IMG/VR virus record: IMGVR_UViG_3300025018_000091
DNA: 64,000 bases
Source: a virus
Lineage: Duplodnaviria; Caudoviricetes
Direction: 5' to 3' (one strand)
Part shown: one piece after another, positions 1 through 13,367 of the stretch
Position numbering within the stretch: the first letter of the stretch is position 1
Layout of the letters: each line of letters starts with the position of its first letter
The notes under the pieces: generated by a model
Database searches by the model: none
What the model saw: only the letters and a program-made list of their open reading frames with translations
Told to the model about the DNA's origin: nothing
Position numbers and translations under genes: made by a program

Positions 1-1080
1 TTTTATCCAATCAAGCTTATTAATCATGTTTGTTTTAGTAAGTTGATCTAAAGTTTTCATGCTATAATCTTCTGAAATAGAGAACTTTGGCCAATGTGGA
101 GCATATTCCTTCATATCAACCGTTGTTTCTGAACTCCATAAGCCAATATTAAAAGCAAAACATTTATCTTGCCAATTATTTAATTCTATATTTGAAACAA
201 GATCGCAATATACTGATTTTTCAGGTTCAAATGCATAAACTGTTGCTCCCATTGCTCTCGCAGTTAATGCATATGAGCCATATGATGCCCCAATATCAAA
301 AACAACATCATCCGATTTTATTTTCCAATATTTATCTCTCAATTCTGCTTCTTCTGAATCAAAAGTAAAATAAGAATAATCTGGATGAGTGCTGCCCTTC
401 ATTATTTCAAATTGATTGCCATTAAAAATCTGTTTTTTAGTTTCCATTTGTTTTCCCATAGCATTTAAAGCATTTTGTATCTGCTCTCTGGAATAAAGAT
501 TCATTTTTCTTATTGGAAATTTGCCATTTTGATCTGAATCATCAATAAAATCTATTGGGTCTGGAAAATTAAATGGTTCCAACTTCCAATTTATCTCTTT
601 AAAATCACCATCTGCTAAAAGATTAATATTTTTAATACAATTAGGATGATTACTCATCAAAATATAAGGTATATTACTTCTTACAAAATTTGATAATGCA
701 GCGACTTTATTTTTTGTTGATAAATGAAACAAACAATCTCGGCAAAATAATAAATCTGCCATTGGCAAAACATCTTCTGTTATATCTAAATGAACAAACT
801 CTTTATCTGGATAATTCTGTTTATTAAATTCTATTTGACTAAGTACAATATCAGCTCCAATATATTTAATATTGCCAAATTTTAAAGTACTCATCCAGTT
901 AAAATTACCACATGGACAATCAAAAATACTTTTGATATTATGTTTAATTAAAAATGGAATAAAACCATGTCTAATACTAAATGTATAATCTAATGTACTG
1001 CCAGGTCCACAATGACCGTCTGCTTTATAGTCTTTAGTTATATCATATTTTTTGGATATTTGTTCTAGAATCTTATTCAT
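1..1080 (-). CDS. Two-domain methyltransferase (class I SAM MTase plus FkbM-family MTase), 3'-truncated by the window edge
   Basis: Not in the ORF track; I translated it by hand. ATG at 1080 overlaps the upstream stop (TAATG) and the frame stays open for 360 codons to base 1. N-terminal part: GHCGPGSTLDYT...SIFDCPCGNFNWM...YIGADIV...DLLFCRDCLFHL. C-terminal part: VVFDIGASYGSYAL...VYAFEPE...TLDQL...KLDWIK (FkbM pattern). Confidence 0.85.
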   Translation of the reverse strand, partial: MNKILEQISKKYDITKDYKADGHCGPGSTLDYTFSIRHGFIPFLIKHNIKSIFDCPCGNFNWMSTLKFGNIKYIGADIVLSQIEFNKQNYPDKEFVHLDITEDVLPMADLLFCRDCLFHLSTKNKVAALSNFVRSNIPYILMSNHPNCIKNINLLADGDFKEINWKLEPFNFPDPIDFIDDSDQNGKFPIRKMNLYSREQIQNALNAMGKQMETKKQIFNGNQFEIMKGSTHPDYSYFTFDSEEAELRDKYWKIKSDDVVFDIGASYGSYALTARAMGATVYAFEPEKSVYCDLVSNIELNNWQDKCFAFNIGLWSSETTVDMKEYAPHWPKFSISEDYSMKTLDQLTKTNMINKLDWIK

Positions 1081-2183
1081 TACCAATTAATTCCATTCTT
1101 AATCATTTCATATTCTGCAAGATAAGATTTTGCCATAACATGTCGATCAAAACGAATAATCGCATGCTCTCGGCAAACTTTAGGATCAATATTATCTATC
1201 AACTTAATTGCAGATACAAAATCTTCTACATTAGAGTCGCATAAGTAACCAGTTACACCATGTGTTATTGTTTCTAGTAAAGCCCCAATCCTAGTACATA
1301 TAACTGGAGTTCCACAAGCCAAAGCTTCTGGTTGTTGTAATCCAAAAGGCTCTTGAAATTGAACTGTATTTATAAATGCTTTTGCTTGTTGATATAATTC
1401 TCGTTTAGCTTCATGATGATAAGGGTCGCCAGGAAGCCACTCAAAAGTTATATTTGGATAATCTGATGCTAAATCAACAGCTTGATAAGCGCATTTTTTT
1501 TGATAAGCACATGAGATTCTATCTGGATGATCTCCTGCCATAATCAAATTTATTCCTGATTTCTTAGCAACCTCAATTGCTAATCTATAACCCCTAACTT
1601 CATGCCACCTTCCTAACCACAAAAAATAGTCTTTTTTGTCATAAGTTGGAGTATACCAGTCTGTATTTATTCCATAATAACTTACATGTGCATTTTTAAC
1701 TGGTTCATAGCTTTGCTTTCCAAAATAAGGCACATTGGTATTTTCATAATCTGTAGCACCTCTTAATGCTCGGTCTCTCATATTAACTGATGAACATACA
1801 ATATTATAAGCTGGATTTGGATGATCCCAAACACCACCAAGAGGAGATGATATAACATTTCGTTTTCCTTCAGCATATAATATTTCTGCAATACGTTTTT
1901 TTATGCTAAAATCATGAATAACATCTAAGTTACGTAACACTTCAGCATGCATTTCAAAACACTGTTGTTCACATGTCTCACCAGTAGGAACATCTTGTCC
2001 ATCAGAGCACGGCATCTCAAATAATTTAACACCATCAATACATTTTGTTCCAAATGGAGCAAATAAACTAATTTCATGTCCCATTTCAACTAAACAATAT
2101 ACAAGGTCTAATATAAAGAACTCTCCTGAATGTTTAGGAGATGGTATTGGATGAAAATGTGTTGCAATTATTCCTATTTTCAT
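1080..2183 (-). CDS. GT-B fold glycosyltransferase (GT4-like)
   Basis: MKIGII start, GHEISLFAP, YFLWLGRWHEVRG, and EPFGLQQPEALACGTPVI (GT4 E-x7-E motif). Confidence 0.9.
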   Translation of the reverse strand: MKIGIIATHFHPIPSPKHSGEFFILDLVYCLVEMGHEISLFAPFGTKCIDGVKLFEMPCSDGQDVPTGETCEQQCFEMHAEVLRNLDVIHDFSIKKRIAEILYAEGKRNVISSPLGGVWDHPNPAYNIVCSSVNMRDRALRGATDYENTNVPYFGKQSYEPVKNAHVSYYGINTDWYTPTYDKKDYFLWLGRWHEVRGYRLAIEVAKKSGINLIMAGDHPDRISCAYQKKCAYQAVDLASDYPNITFEWLPGDPYHHEAKRELYQQAKAFINTVQFQEPFGLQQPEALACGTPVICTRIGALLETITHGVTGYLCDSNVEDFVSAIKLIDNIDPKVCREHAIIRFDRHVMAKSYLAEYEMIKNGINW

Positions 2184-2869
2184 TTGATTGCTTCCGAAAT
2201 AAAACTATGCGTCATGCCTGCATCTACTATAACGTTAGCCATATTGGGATCTTTACTTTTGCCAGACATATTGTAAAATTCTATTTTCTTAAAATTTGCT
2301 TCAGACAAAAATTTGGTCATAGAACTTTTATTATACATACACATATGTCCTTCATAGAAATCCCAAGTACAATTCTCGCCACAAGCGCCAAACATTAAAT
2401 AAGATAACTGTAATGAAGGCTCTGCGTTACTATAAAATAGTGGTTGCTCACTAGCAAACTTATACATTTTATTATTTATGTAAGCATCTATTAAAATATC
2501 TAAATCTGGAGTTGTTATCCTGATAACTCCACCAGGCTTTAGCATTCTATAACATTCTTTTAATAATCTTGGCACTTCAAAAATTGGATTTAAATGTTCA
2601 ATTACTTGACCAATATAAATAGAAGTAATACTATTATCTTCATGTTGCGCAAATCCTTGTCTTAAATCATGAATGCGGAAATCAAAATCTTCGCCATTTT
2701 TAAGAAATTTTACACATTGTTGAACACTTTCGGCATACATGCTCAAATCACTATTTACACTTGTTCTTAAAAAATGTAAATAAGTTGCGAAATCAGCACG
2801 ATCATAGTTAATCCATGTTGTTGGTAACATAATTGGACCACAACCAATATTTAATCTTACTTCTTGCAT
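2180..2869 (-). CDS. Class I SAM-dependent methyltransferase
   Basis: RLNIGCG glycine motif, VIEHL, and LLKECYRMLKPGGVIRITTPD. Confidence 0.88.
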   Translation of the reverse strand: MQEVRLNIGCGPIMLPTTWINYDRADFATYLHFLRTSVNSDLSMYAESVQQCVKFLKNGEDFDFRIHDLRQGFAQHEDNSITSIYIGQVIEHLNPIFEVPRLLKECYRMLKPGGVIRITTPDLDILIDAYINNKMYKFASEQPLFYSNAEPSLQLSYLMFGACGENCTWDFYEGHMCMYNKSSMTKFLSEANFKKIEFYNMSGKSKDPNMANVIVDAGMTHSFISEAIK

Positions 2870-2870
2870 C

Positions 2871-5318
2871 TTATTTTCTATATGGAGTTGTAGGATAATA
2901 TGGAATCATTGGATCAGTTTTTGATTTTTCAATCATATCATAAAACATCTTTTCCCAATCTTTAGCTAAAGAATCTAATCCAAAATTCTCTTTTGCATAT
3001 TCCTGTAATACTAATCTATCATCTTCACTATTATTAAACATTGCATTAATGACTGCGCTGATAAAATTATTCTTATATTCTGAAGTTGTCCAATCACCAG
3101 GTATTAATGTCCCTCGTTCTCCTACTGTTTCATTTAAAGCTGCAATACTTGATGTAACCATACGCAATCCAGCAGCTTGAGCTTCCATTGCAGTAATACA
3201 ACTTGTTTCAGTAAACCAAGTAGGATGTATCCAACAACCTGCACTTAAAAATTCAATTGCCAATTCATCTTGATTTACTCTATCATGATAAAAAACACCC
3301 AATGACTCCATATCTTTTATTTGTTTCTTAAGTCTACTAATTAAATCAGCCTGTCCCTGATCATATTGTGCAGAATATTCCCAATTTTTGAAACCATAAA
3401 ATAAATGTAATTCTGCCTTTGGAACATGTGCCTTAATAGTTGTCCAACATTCTAGCAAAATTGGCCAACTTCTATCAGGACTACTACTATTAACTGCTTT
3501 AAATCTATTTCTTGGAACTTTTTTATTAAATCTGTTTAAATCAATTCCATTTCTAGTAACTGATACTTGTTCTGGATTAATATTATGTACTCTAATGATA
3601 TTATTTTTATGCCAATCAGATAACGCTAATACCTTATCTGTTTTTAATAATAATTCACTGGTCGCACCATTAGCAATTACATCATGAACCCATAACAATG
3701 TTACTTTTGCTTTTACATTATACTTATCTGCTAACATAGATGCATGACGTGATACAACCAAGATATCGCATTCTAAATTAGCATATTTTTCAGTTCTATA
3801 ATATTCAACACGATCATAAATTCCTTCATTATTTCCACAACTATTATAAACACGAACTCTATGACCTAAAGCAGCTAATCTTTTAGCCTGCTCAATTAAC
3901 ATTGTTTCGCTTCCACCAATTCCAAACTGTTTTACACTTATTGGTGTCCAAATTTCAACTCCATTACCTGCAAAAAAGATAATATCAAGCTTACCACCAA
4001 TAGGTTCGGCAATTGGTTCATCAACTTTTTGAGGCAATAATGCATCTTCATCAGCTTTGTTTTTTATTATAACCTTTTTATCTATTATACTGGTCATTAA
4101 TGATATTGATGCCGCATCTAATTCACCAATTTTTTCTAATTCTTTTATAGATTTGTAAATTTGACGATGTAATAAGTTTATTTCATAAAGACGTTTATTT
4201 AACAAAAATGCCGGCTCAGTTGGTTCATATCTTAATCCTCTATTTACGCTATCTAAAGCCTCTTCTATTCTTCCAAGCTTATTTAATGCAAAATTATAGT
4301 ATTTATGAATTTCATATTCTCTATCTGCAGGATTTATGAACAAAAGTGTTTTAGTTTCAGAACAACCAAGACCTAATTTAATGAAATAAACACATCTTTC
4401 CCAATTGCGTATTTCATCTCTTCCGCCCTGCTGTGCCAAATAATAGAATATTCGACCTAAAGCAAGATAGCCTTCTGCCCAAGATTCTTTAATAGCTACC
4501 GTTTTAAACGCCCACTTAAGTGCAGATTCATAATCTTGACGCATTTGATAAATATCAATCAATTTTAAGCAAGCCATTGCTCGCTCATCATCCCAACCAG
4601 ATACATCTATATATTTTGATAAACGCTCAATTGCCTCATCCATTAAATTAGCATTATAGCACTCAAGACCTAAATAATATAATTGGCGAGGGTCAGAATC
4701 TCCATGCTTTTCAAAATATGAACGTAAGATCCTTAAATTACGACCAAATTCTTGTACTTTTTTACTAAGATATCTTTGATGTTTAAATAAAACATCTTCT
4801 ACTGTTTGGAAAAAACAAGAAGGATCTTTATTAATCAATACTTCATGAACTGGATTTACCCAATGAAATCGATCTTTATTATAAACTAAACGCTCTCTAT
4901 AATGATAACATGTACATTTTCCATTGCTATCATATGCGTATTCATATGGAAACATTAAACATACTGATTTATCTTCACTATCTGGAAGATAATCTTGGAT
5001 TATTTTTAATAGATTTTCACCTTTAGTAATAATATCATCTGCATCAACCCACAATACCCATGGTTGAGTTGCTAAATCAAATGATCTTTGTCTCGCTTGT
5101 GAAAAACTTTCAATTAATCCAGTTTCAGAATTATTGCAATCTGTATATACTTCAAAAATATCAGCATATTTTTTCGCAATTTCAGGAGTATTATCTGTTG
5201 AACCAGTATCAACAATAACAATTTCTGAAACATAATCCTTTATTGAATTCAAACATTGTTCTAATAATGGTTCATCACGAACAATTAAACATAGTGAAAT
5301 AGGCGCGCGTTCAATCAT
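2871..5318 (-). CDS. Multidomain glycosyltransferase: GT2 (GT-A) + TPR + GT4 (GT-B)
   Basis: ISLCLIVRDE, IVIVDTGSTDNT, WVLWVDADD (DxD) and FHWVNPVHE; then TPR helices (DPRQLYYLGLEC, WAEGYLALG); then GIGGSETML, SSPDR and ETSCITAMEAQAAG. Confidence 0.9.
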   Translation of the reverse strand: MIERAPISLCLIVRDEPLLEQCLNSIKDYVSEIVIVDTGSTDNTPEIAKKYADIFEVYTDCNNSETGLIESFSQARQRSFDLATQPWVLWVDADDIITKGENLLKIIQDYLPDSEDKSVCLMFPYEYAYDSNGKCTCYHYRERLVYNKDRFHWVNPVHEVLINKDPSCFFQTVEDVLFKHQRYLSKKVQEFGRNLRILRSYFEKHGDSDPRQLYYLGLECYNANLMDEAIERLSKYIDVSGWDDERAMACLKLIDIYQMRQDYESALKWAFKTVAIKESWAEGYLALGRIFYYLAQQGGRDEIRNWERCVYFIKLGLGCSETKTLLFINPADREYEIHKYYNFALNKLGRIEEALDSVNRGLRYEPTEPAFLLNKRLYEINLLHRQIYKSIKELEKIGELDAASISLMTSIIDKKVIIKNKADEDALLPQKVDEPIAEPIGGKLDIIFFAGNGVEIWTPISVKQFGIGGSETMLIEQAKRLAALGHRVRVYNSCGNNEGIYDRVEYYRTEKYANLECDILVVSRHASMLADKYNVKAKVTLLWVHDVIANGATSELLLKTDKVLALSDWHKNNIIRVHNINPEQVSVTRNGIDLNRFNKKVPRNRFKAVNSSSPDRSWPILLECWTTIKAHVPKAELHLFYGFKNWEYSAQYDQGQADLISRLKKQIKDMESLGVFYHDRVNQDELAIEFLSAGCWIHPTWFTETSCITAMEAQAAGLRMVTSSIAALNETVGERGTLIPGDWTTSEYKNNFISAVINAMFNNSEDDRLVLQEYAKENFGLDSLAKDWEKMFYDMIEKSKTDPMIPYYPTTPYRK

Positions 5319-5340
5319 ATCTTTCTCTTTTCACTTTTAA

Positions 5341-5347
5341 TATATCA
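5341..5347 (-). promoter_or_regulatory. TGATATA motif (extended -10-like promoter candidate) upstream of the glycosyltransferase operon
   Basis: The same 7-mer occurs in the intergenic DNA upstream of several minus-strand genes (see findings). Confidence 0.45.
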
Positions 5348-5373
5348 ATGACAAGCGCTAATTAATTTTTATA

Positions 5374-6222
5374 TTATGCTGCTTTTGTAATCGTCAAACC
5401 GCTGCCATTAGGATTCATTATTATTGGTGTTCCTCCAGAATTTATAGCGGCTTGAATCTTAATCTTATCTCCAGATGAAATATCCATTATTATAGTAGCT
5501 CCACTAGTAGCTTTACCCTGAGTCGCCTGACGATTATACATCCAAACAACAGTACCTCCAATTAACCCATAACCACTACCAGTATCTATCATCAATTGTG
5601 CATAGCTGTCACTTCTGGTAGTACCAGTAGTAAGATTAGTAGTTACATAAAAACTAATTAAATATGTACCAGTTGTATTTATTGTTACTTCAGCAGAAGA
5701 AGCTGTGTGTGTAAAATCAGAAGTTTTATTTCTTTCTGTATCCAACGGCACATCAGTTAAACCTGCACTAATATTTGTACTACTAGCCGCATCATATGCA
5801 TGAAAATAAGCAGGAGTAATACTAGCCGGTCCAGTAGGACCAATTGGTCCCGTTGCTCCCGTTACGCCTGGACTACCTTGAGGTGCTCCAGCAGGACCTG
5901 TAGCTCCAGTAACACCAGCAGGACCTGTAGTGCCAGCAGGACCTGTAGCTCCAGTTACACCGGGTGAACCTTGAGGTCCAATAGGTCCAGTTACACCTGT
6001 AGCACCGTCTGCACCAATAACTTTAAGAATAACTTCATCAACAATTGTTCCGCCATATGGAGCAGTACCTTGATAAGCACCATCAGGAGTATCAGTTTGC
6101 CAATATACATATGCAGTAGGAACAGAACCATTATCATCACGACCACGCTTATAATAAGTCGTAACTGAAGGCGCTCCCGCACCACCAAAAGTTACTGTCC
6201 ATTCTCCACTATAATCAACCAT
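5374..6222 (-). CDS. Collagen-like protein with C1q/BclA-CTD-like C-terminal head
   Basis: About 20 G-X-Y triplets ([13 protein letters not shown]...), followed by a beta-rich domain AYFHAY...VPLD...[14 protein letters not shown]...GDKIKIQA. Confidence 0.8.
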   Translation of the reverse strand: MVDYSGEWTVTFGGAGAPSVTTYYKRGRDDNGSVPTAYVYWQTDTPDGAYQGTAPYGGTIVDEVILKVIGADGATGVTGPIGPQGSPGVTGATGPAGTTGPAGVTGATGPAGAPQGSPGVTGATGPIGPTGPASITPAYFHAYDAASSTNISAGLTDVPLDTERNKTSDFTHTASSAEVTINTTGTYLISFYVTTNLTTGTTRSDSYAQLMIDTGSGYGLIGGTVVWMYNRQATQGKATSGATIIMDISSGDKIKIQAAINSGGTPIIMNPNGSGLTITKAA

Positions 6223-6225
6223 CTG

Positions 6226-9200
6226 TTATCCATCCTCTACTTCAATAAATGCTGAAGATACCTGTACAAAATCAGTATCATTTGCGCCCGTATCTAATTT
6301 AGCATGTAATTCTACAGAACGCTCTCCAGCAGTTATTGTAAGTGGTCCAAGAGTCTTTGATTGTAATGTAGTATTATTGTCAGTAATGTACCCGTCGATA
6401 TAATATCCATCATAAACATCATATAACCTGATTGTGTATGTTTGTGCATTATCTACTTCACACGCTACTCTTAATGTATATATAGCACTTCCAGAATAAT
6501 CTGCAGTATTTAATATTCCAGAACCTAATCTACTATAAATACTAAGATTTGTAGCAAATAAACCAGCTGCTAAACTTATTATTGCATTTCCTGCAGATCC
6601 AGTTGCTGATCCTGCTGGTCCCGTAGCTCCTTGAGGTCCTGTAGCTCCAGTTACACCGGCAACACCAGTGGCTCCTTGAGGTCCTGTTGCTCCAGTAACT
6701 CCCTGTTCACCTTGAGGTCCTGTTGCTCCAGTTACTCCGTCTATACCCGTAACTCCTTGTGGACCGGTTGCTCCCGTAACTCCATCTTGACCTTGTGGAC
6801 CTGTAGCACCGGTTACACCGGGACTTCCTTGAATACCTTGAACTCCAGTAGCTCCCTGTGGACCAGTAGCACCCGTAACTCCGTCTATACCCGTAGCTCC
6901 TTGCGGACCAGTTGCACCAGTTACTCCGGGTGAACCCTGAATGCCTTGAGGTCCTGTAGCACCAGTTACTCCAGGACTTCCTTGAATACCTTGGAGACCT
7001 GTAGCACCCTGAGGTCCAGTTACACCATCTGCACCAGTAGCTCCTACTGATCCTGTAGCTCCTTGTGGACCAGTAGTTCCGGTAACACCATCAATACCAG
7101 TTGCACCTTGTGGTCCTATAGCACCTGTTACACCTGGTGATCCTTGAATACCTTGTATACCAGTAGCTCCTTGAAGTCCTGTAGCACCAGTTATACCAGG
7201 ACTTCCCTGAATACCTTGAGGTCCTGTAGCTCCTTGTGGACCAGTAGCTCCCGTTACACCAGGAGATCCTTGAATGCCTTGTGGACCAGTTGCTCCAGTT
7301 ACACCAGGAGATCCTTGAATGCCTTGTGGACCAGTTGCTCCAGTTACACCAGGAGATCCTTGAATGCCTTGTATACCAGTAGCTCCTATTGGACCTGTTG
7401 CGCCCGTTACACCAGGACTTCCTTGAATACCTTGGGGACCTGTAGCTCCTTGTGGTCCAGTCGCACCCGTAACGCCAAGAGCAACATCCAAAATATCTAA
7501 TGCAATTTGAACATTTGATGCAGCCGTTCCAACAAGAATTCCAGTAAATCCAGTGGTATCAACAGAAATTGATGTTGCTGGATGAGCATTCGTTGCATCT
7601 CTATTAATTAAAGAATTATGATCTGTAGGAGAATAACTACCTACTGGTGTTGATGCATCATTTCTATAATCTACAACATCCCTTAGTGCAGAATATTTTA
7701 TAGTAGAAGAATATGCAGCCTTATATTGATAAATTAATCTATATATAAGTTTCATTTCCGGAGTAATTAACCCAGAAACAAATATAGATGCTGGGCTTGC
7801 TGCCGTTTGAGCATCAAATAATGATCCATAATAATTATCATGAGGAATAGATATAATTGGATCATAACTATCATTTGATGCAAAAATCCAAACAACAAAA
7901 AAATCTGTGATAGGAACATCAGTTAATTTCCACCCAGTTCCACCACCAACATTCTCATTATATTGAGGAATATTAGATACAGAACCCCATGGGAATGGGA
8001 ATGAATTTGAGGCTATTTTTCTCCATGCAGGAGTTGTCCCAAATTTATATAGTACAGGGATTTGTCCAGGATTTGCTGGTAAAGTTCCGCCCAAATTTTG
8101 TTCATAAGGATCTGTGCCAGTTCCATTTATTATATCATGTTCTAAATCTTCATCATCAACTGTTCCGCTAGTCATAGACACATAAGTATTAGTACCATCT
8201 GAGGCTGGAGTTCCCGTAGTAATTGCATTACTATCTAATCCTAATCCAGTTTCCCATCTCATTCCAAAATTATCATGTAAATATTCATGAGTTGCGTTGG
8301 ACATTACAATTCCATGACGCTCATCTCCAAATATAGTAACTGCGCCAGTATCATCTATATAAAGTAACGCTATCAATGCGTCATCTAATATATTAGCAGT
8401 TGTATTTTCCGTTAAATATCCATCAACTGAAGAATAATAAACCCAATGCACACCTACAGAATTAGTTACTGGAATAGATTCTGTACTCTTTATATATTTA
8501 ACAGCACCAGCATAAATAACAAAGTTAGTTCCAGTTATCGTTAATGTCAGTCCAGACATTGATATTGAAGATTGTGTTCTGTCTTCAAATCCATTATTTA
8601 TGACTTGAATTGGTCCTGTAGAACCAGTAACACCAGGAGATCCTTGGTTACCTTGCGGTCCTGTTGGTCCAGTAGCTCCTGTTGCACCTTGTGATCCTGT
8701 GGCGCCTGTAACTCCATCTGTTCCAGTTACACCTTGAATACCTTGAGGTCCAGTAGCTCCTTGTGGACCAGTAGCTCCTGGTTGACCTTGAGGTCCAGTA
8801 GCACCTGTAACACCATCTACACCTGTAGCGCCTTGCAAGCCAGTTACGCCTTGAGGTCCTGTAGCTCCAGCAGGACCTGTTGCGCCTGTTGCGCCTGTTA
8901 CACCATCTGCTCCCGTTGGTCCAGGTTCACCTTGAGGACCTGTAGCTCCAGCGGGACCAGTTGCACCAGTAATTCCTGGGGAACCAGTTGGTCCTGGTTC
9001 ACCTGTTGGTCCAGCAGGACCAGTTACACCATCTTGACCAGCAGGACCTGTTGCACCAGCGGGACCAGTTGCTCCAGTTACACCGTCAACACCATCAACT
9101 CCTTGTGCTCCAGTTGGTCCAATTGGACCTGTAGCTCCAGCAGGACCGGTTGCTCCAGCGGGACCAGTAGCTCCTGTTACACCATCAACACCATCAATGC

Positions 9201-9483
9201 CTTGTGTTCCAGTTGCGCCTTGTGGACCTGTTACACCGGCAGGACCTGTTGCGCCAGCAGGACCGGTTGCACCGGTTACACCGGGAGATCCTTGAGGTCC
9301 ACCAAAAGGACCAGTAACACCAGGAGATCCTTGTGGACCTTGCAAACCAGTAGGTCCAGCAGGACCAGTAGCTCCAGCAGGACCTGTTGCGCCAGTTGCG
9401 CCAGCGGGACCTGTAGGACCTGTGATACCGCCACCAGATCCAGATGGAACTCCTTTTATTTGGTTTGCATTAACTTTGCTCAT
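6226..9483 (-). CDS. Large collagen-like fibre protein (two G-X-Y tracts around a globular domain)
   Basis: Roughly 90-triplet Thr-rich collagen tracts at both ends (GATG, GVTG, GPQG), with a central non-collagen domain of about 370 aa and a C-terminal beta domain. Confidence 0.85.
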   Translation of the reverse strand: MSKVNANQIKGVPSGSGGGITGPTGPAGATGATGPAGATGPAGPTGLQGPQGSPGVTGPFGGPQGSPGVTGATGPAGATGPAGVTGPQGATGTQGIDGVDGVTGATGPAGATGPAGATGPIGPTGAQGVDGVDGVTGATGPAGATGPAGQDGVTGPAGPTGEPGPTGSPGITGATGPAGATGPQGEPGPTGADGVTGATGATGPAGATGPQGVTGLQGATGVDGVTGATGPQGQPGATGPQGATGPQGIQGVTGTDGVTGATGSQGATGATGPTGPQGNQGSPGVTGSTGPIQVINNGFEDRTQSSISMSGLTLTITGTNFVIYAGAVKYIKSTESIPVTNSVGVHWVYYSSVDGYLTENTTANILDDALIALLYIDDTGAVTIFGDERHGIVMSNATHEYLHDNFGMRWETGLGLDSNAITTGTPASDGTNTYVSMTSGTVDDEDLEHDIINGTGTDPYEQNLGGTLPANPGQIPVLYKFGTTPAWRKIASNSFPFPWGSVSNIPQYNENVGGGTGWKLTDVPITDFFVVWIFASNDSYDPIISIPHDNYYGSLFDAQTAASPASIFVSGLITPEMKLIYRLIYQYKAAYSSTIKYSALRDVVDYRNDASTPVGSYSPTDHNSLINRDATNAHPATSISVDTTGFTGILVGTAASNVQIALDILDVALGVTGATGPQGATGPQGIQGSPGVTGATGPIGATGIQGIQGSPGVTGATGPQGIQGSPGVTGATGPQGIQGSPGVTGATGPQGATGPQGIQGSPGITGATGLQGATGIQGIQGSPGVTGAIGPQGATGIDGVTGTTGPQGATGSVGATGADGVTGPQGATGLQGIQGSPGVTGATGPQGIQGSPGVTGATGPQGATGIDGVTGATGPQGATGVQGIQGSPGVTGATGPQGQDGVTGATGPQGVTGIDGVTGATGPQGEQGVTGATGPQGATGVAGVTGATGPQGATGPAGSATGSAGNAIISLAAGLFATNLSIYSRLGSGILNTADYSGSAIYTLRVACEVDNAQTYTIRLYDVYDGYYIDGYITDNNTTLQSKTLGPLTITAGERSVELHAKLDTGANDTDFVQVSSAFIEVEDG
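7253..7372. repeat. Perfect 45-bp tandem repeat (about 2.7 copies) inside the collagen gene
   Basis: Unit gttacaccaggagatccttgaatgccttgtggaccagttgctcca at 7253-7297 and 7298-7342, partial copy to 7372. Confidence 0.9.
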
Positions 9484-9490
9484 TGATTGC

Positions 9491-10093
9491 TCACGTATTA
9501 TCTAAGTAATAATCGGCAGTAATTATATCGTCTGGAGGAGGAACAGTTGTTGGTGGAACAGTTAAAATAACAGTATCATAACCAGATCCAGGTCCTCCAC
9601 TTTCAGCAATAAAATAATCATCTAAGAAAAATTGTTTTACTCCATTTTTATACACTATTATTCGGTATAAATCGTTTTGAATAAATTTTCCGAATGGAAT
9701 AGAATAAACAGTATTTGAGTCATCAACAACTCCGACCAATTCAATATCTTCTTTTTTCAAAACTGATAGATTCTCACTGGTTACTTGCAATCCGTTTACT
9801 ATTCCGGCATCTTGTAAAAATGATTTTTGATCAAGATTAAATTGAAGCAAATCAATATCACTACATTCAACAACTATATCTTTTGCTAAAATTTTATGAC
9901 GCAATTCACCTTTTAATAATGAAGCACGAATATCTTGCTCTGCTACGCCAGGTATTTGCAGTAAATCTCGTGTTTGATTAAAATTAATAGGATATTGAAA
10001 AATTGTAATTGTTTTATTGCGATCTGAAGTAATATTTCTTACTATAAAACAACCGTATCTTTTTAAATAAGGAGCAAATTGATCTACAGTCAT
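9491..10093 (-). CDS. Hypothetical protein, probably virion- or fibre-associated
   Basis: 200-aa ORF tightly packed upstream of the collagen gene; no catalytic motif recognised. Confidence 0.6.
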   Translation of the reverse strand: MTVDQFAPYLKRYGCFIVRNITSDRNKTITIFQYPINFNQTRDLLQIPGVAEQDIRASLLKGELRHKILAKDIVVECSDIDLLQFNLDQKSFLQDAGIVNGLQVTSENLSVLKKEDIELVGVVDDSNTVYSIPFGKFIQNDLYRIIVYKNGVKQFFLDDYFIAESGGPGSGYDTVILTVPPTTVPPPDDIITADYYLDNT

Positions 10094-10097
10094 AATC

Positions 10098-10973
10098 TTA
10101 CTCCTCTATTGAAATTACATCATCTTTATCATCATTAGGTTGATCATCTGATATTATTTTTTGATCAGTAGCAGTTTCTTCTGAGCTAGATTTACTAATG
10201 GGTTTTTCATTAACAATCTTATCTTTAATGGTAATCATTACAGATCTTTCTACTTCTGGATTATCTTTTGTTGCTTTAACATCAAATAACTTATTAGTTA
10301 AATTATCATCTGGAGCGGCTTGTTTCTGATTTGCCATAACAGTAGCTAATGTAGTTAACATCTTATCTACTAAAGTATCATAACTAAATTTAGAAACGTC
10401 CATAGGAGTTATTTGCTCATAATTTTTATCGCCATGAACTAATAGTTCATCCTTTTGTAAAATAGCTTCTTTTAATGTTTCCGGTGACATAGCTAATAAA
10501 TTATCTGGTGTTAATCTGTAACGTACATACATTAACTCTTCTAAATAATCTAAACTTCCAACTGATGGTTGGGTATCACTATAATCGCCATCTTTAATAT
10601 TAGTGCGTATACCTTTATCAACAGATGATAACAATACTCTTGTATAACTATCTTGCCAAGCTGGTTGTTTTCCAAATTCTCGTTTTAATTGTGTCAAAAC
10701 ATCAGCTAATTTTGTGAATGCTTCTAATTTATGAGACATAGATTCTGATAGAAACGCCTCACTTCTATGATAATTTTGCAATCCTCGTCTTGGAATATAA
10801 TCAGTTTCTTGATTAATTCTTCTTGTATCAAAAGCATTCTTAGTAAAACCAAAACTGTTTGATAAAGAATTTTTACGAATAGAAAACGAACGTCTTCTTT
10901 GTGCAATATCATCGGCACTTTTTATAATGACACAGTATATGTCTAATACATCTAACAATTCCATTTTTACCAT
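10098..10973 (-). CDS. Hypothetical protein
   Basis: 291-aa ORF, co-oriented with a 4-bp gap to the next gene. Confidence 0.6.
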   Translation of the reverse strand: MVKMELLDVLDIYCVIIKSADDIAQRRRSFSIRKNSLSNSFGFTKNAFDTRRINQETDYIPRRGLQNYHRSEAFLSESMSHKLEAFTKLADVLTQLKREFGKQPAWQDSYTRVLLSSVDKGIRTNIKDGDYSDTQPSVGSLDYLEELMYVRYRLTPDNLLAMSPETLKEAILQKDELLVHGDKNYEQITPMDVSKFSYDTLVDKMLTTLATVMANQKQAAPDDNLTNKLFDVKATKDNPEVERSVMITIKDKIVNEKPISKSSSEETATDQKIISDDQPNDDKDDVISIEE

Positions 10974-11058
10974 ATATTAAGGTTGCAAGTGACATTACAG
11001 GCTATTATGATACAGAAATATTACCCAAAGAAATATAATGTAACAAATATTAACGGGC

Positions 11059-11087
11059 TTGACAGGATTTTTTTTTGATATTACATT
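11059..11087 (+). promoter_or_regulatory. Sigma70-type promoter of the CCA-adding enzyme gene
   Basis: TTGACA (11059-64), 17-bp spacer, TACATT (11082-87), ending 6 nt before the ATG. Confidence 0.7.
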
Positions 11088-11093
11088 TTTACC

Positions 11094-13338
<2,245 letters not shown>

Positions 13339-13367
13339 ATTTAGATTTTAATCAGCGTTCTAATAAA

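Noticed and set aside
6631-9486. Plus-strand Ser/Thr/Cys-rich ORFs (6631..6933, 7144..7500, 8734..9486)
   Set aside because: Antisense shadows of G-X-Y collagen codons, with no RBS or independent features.
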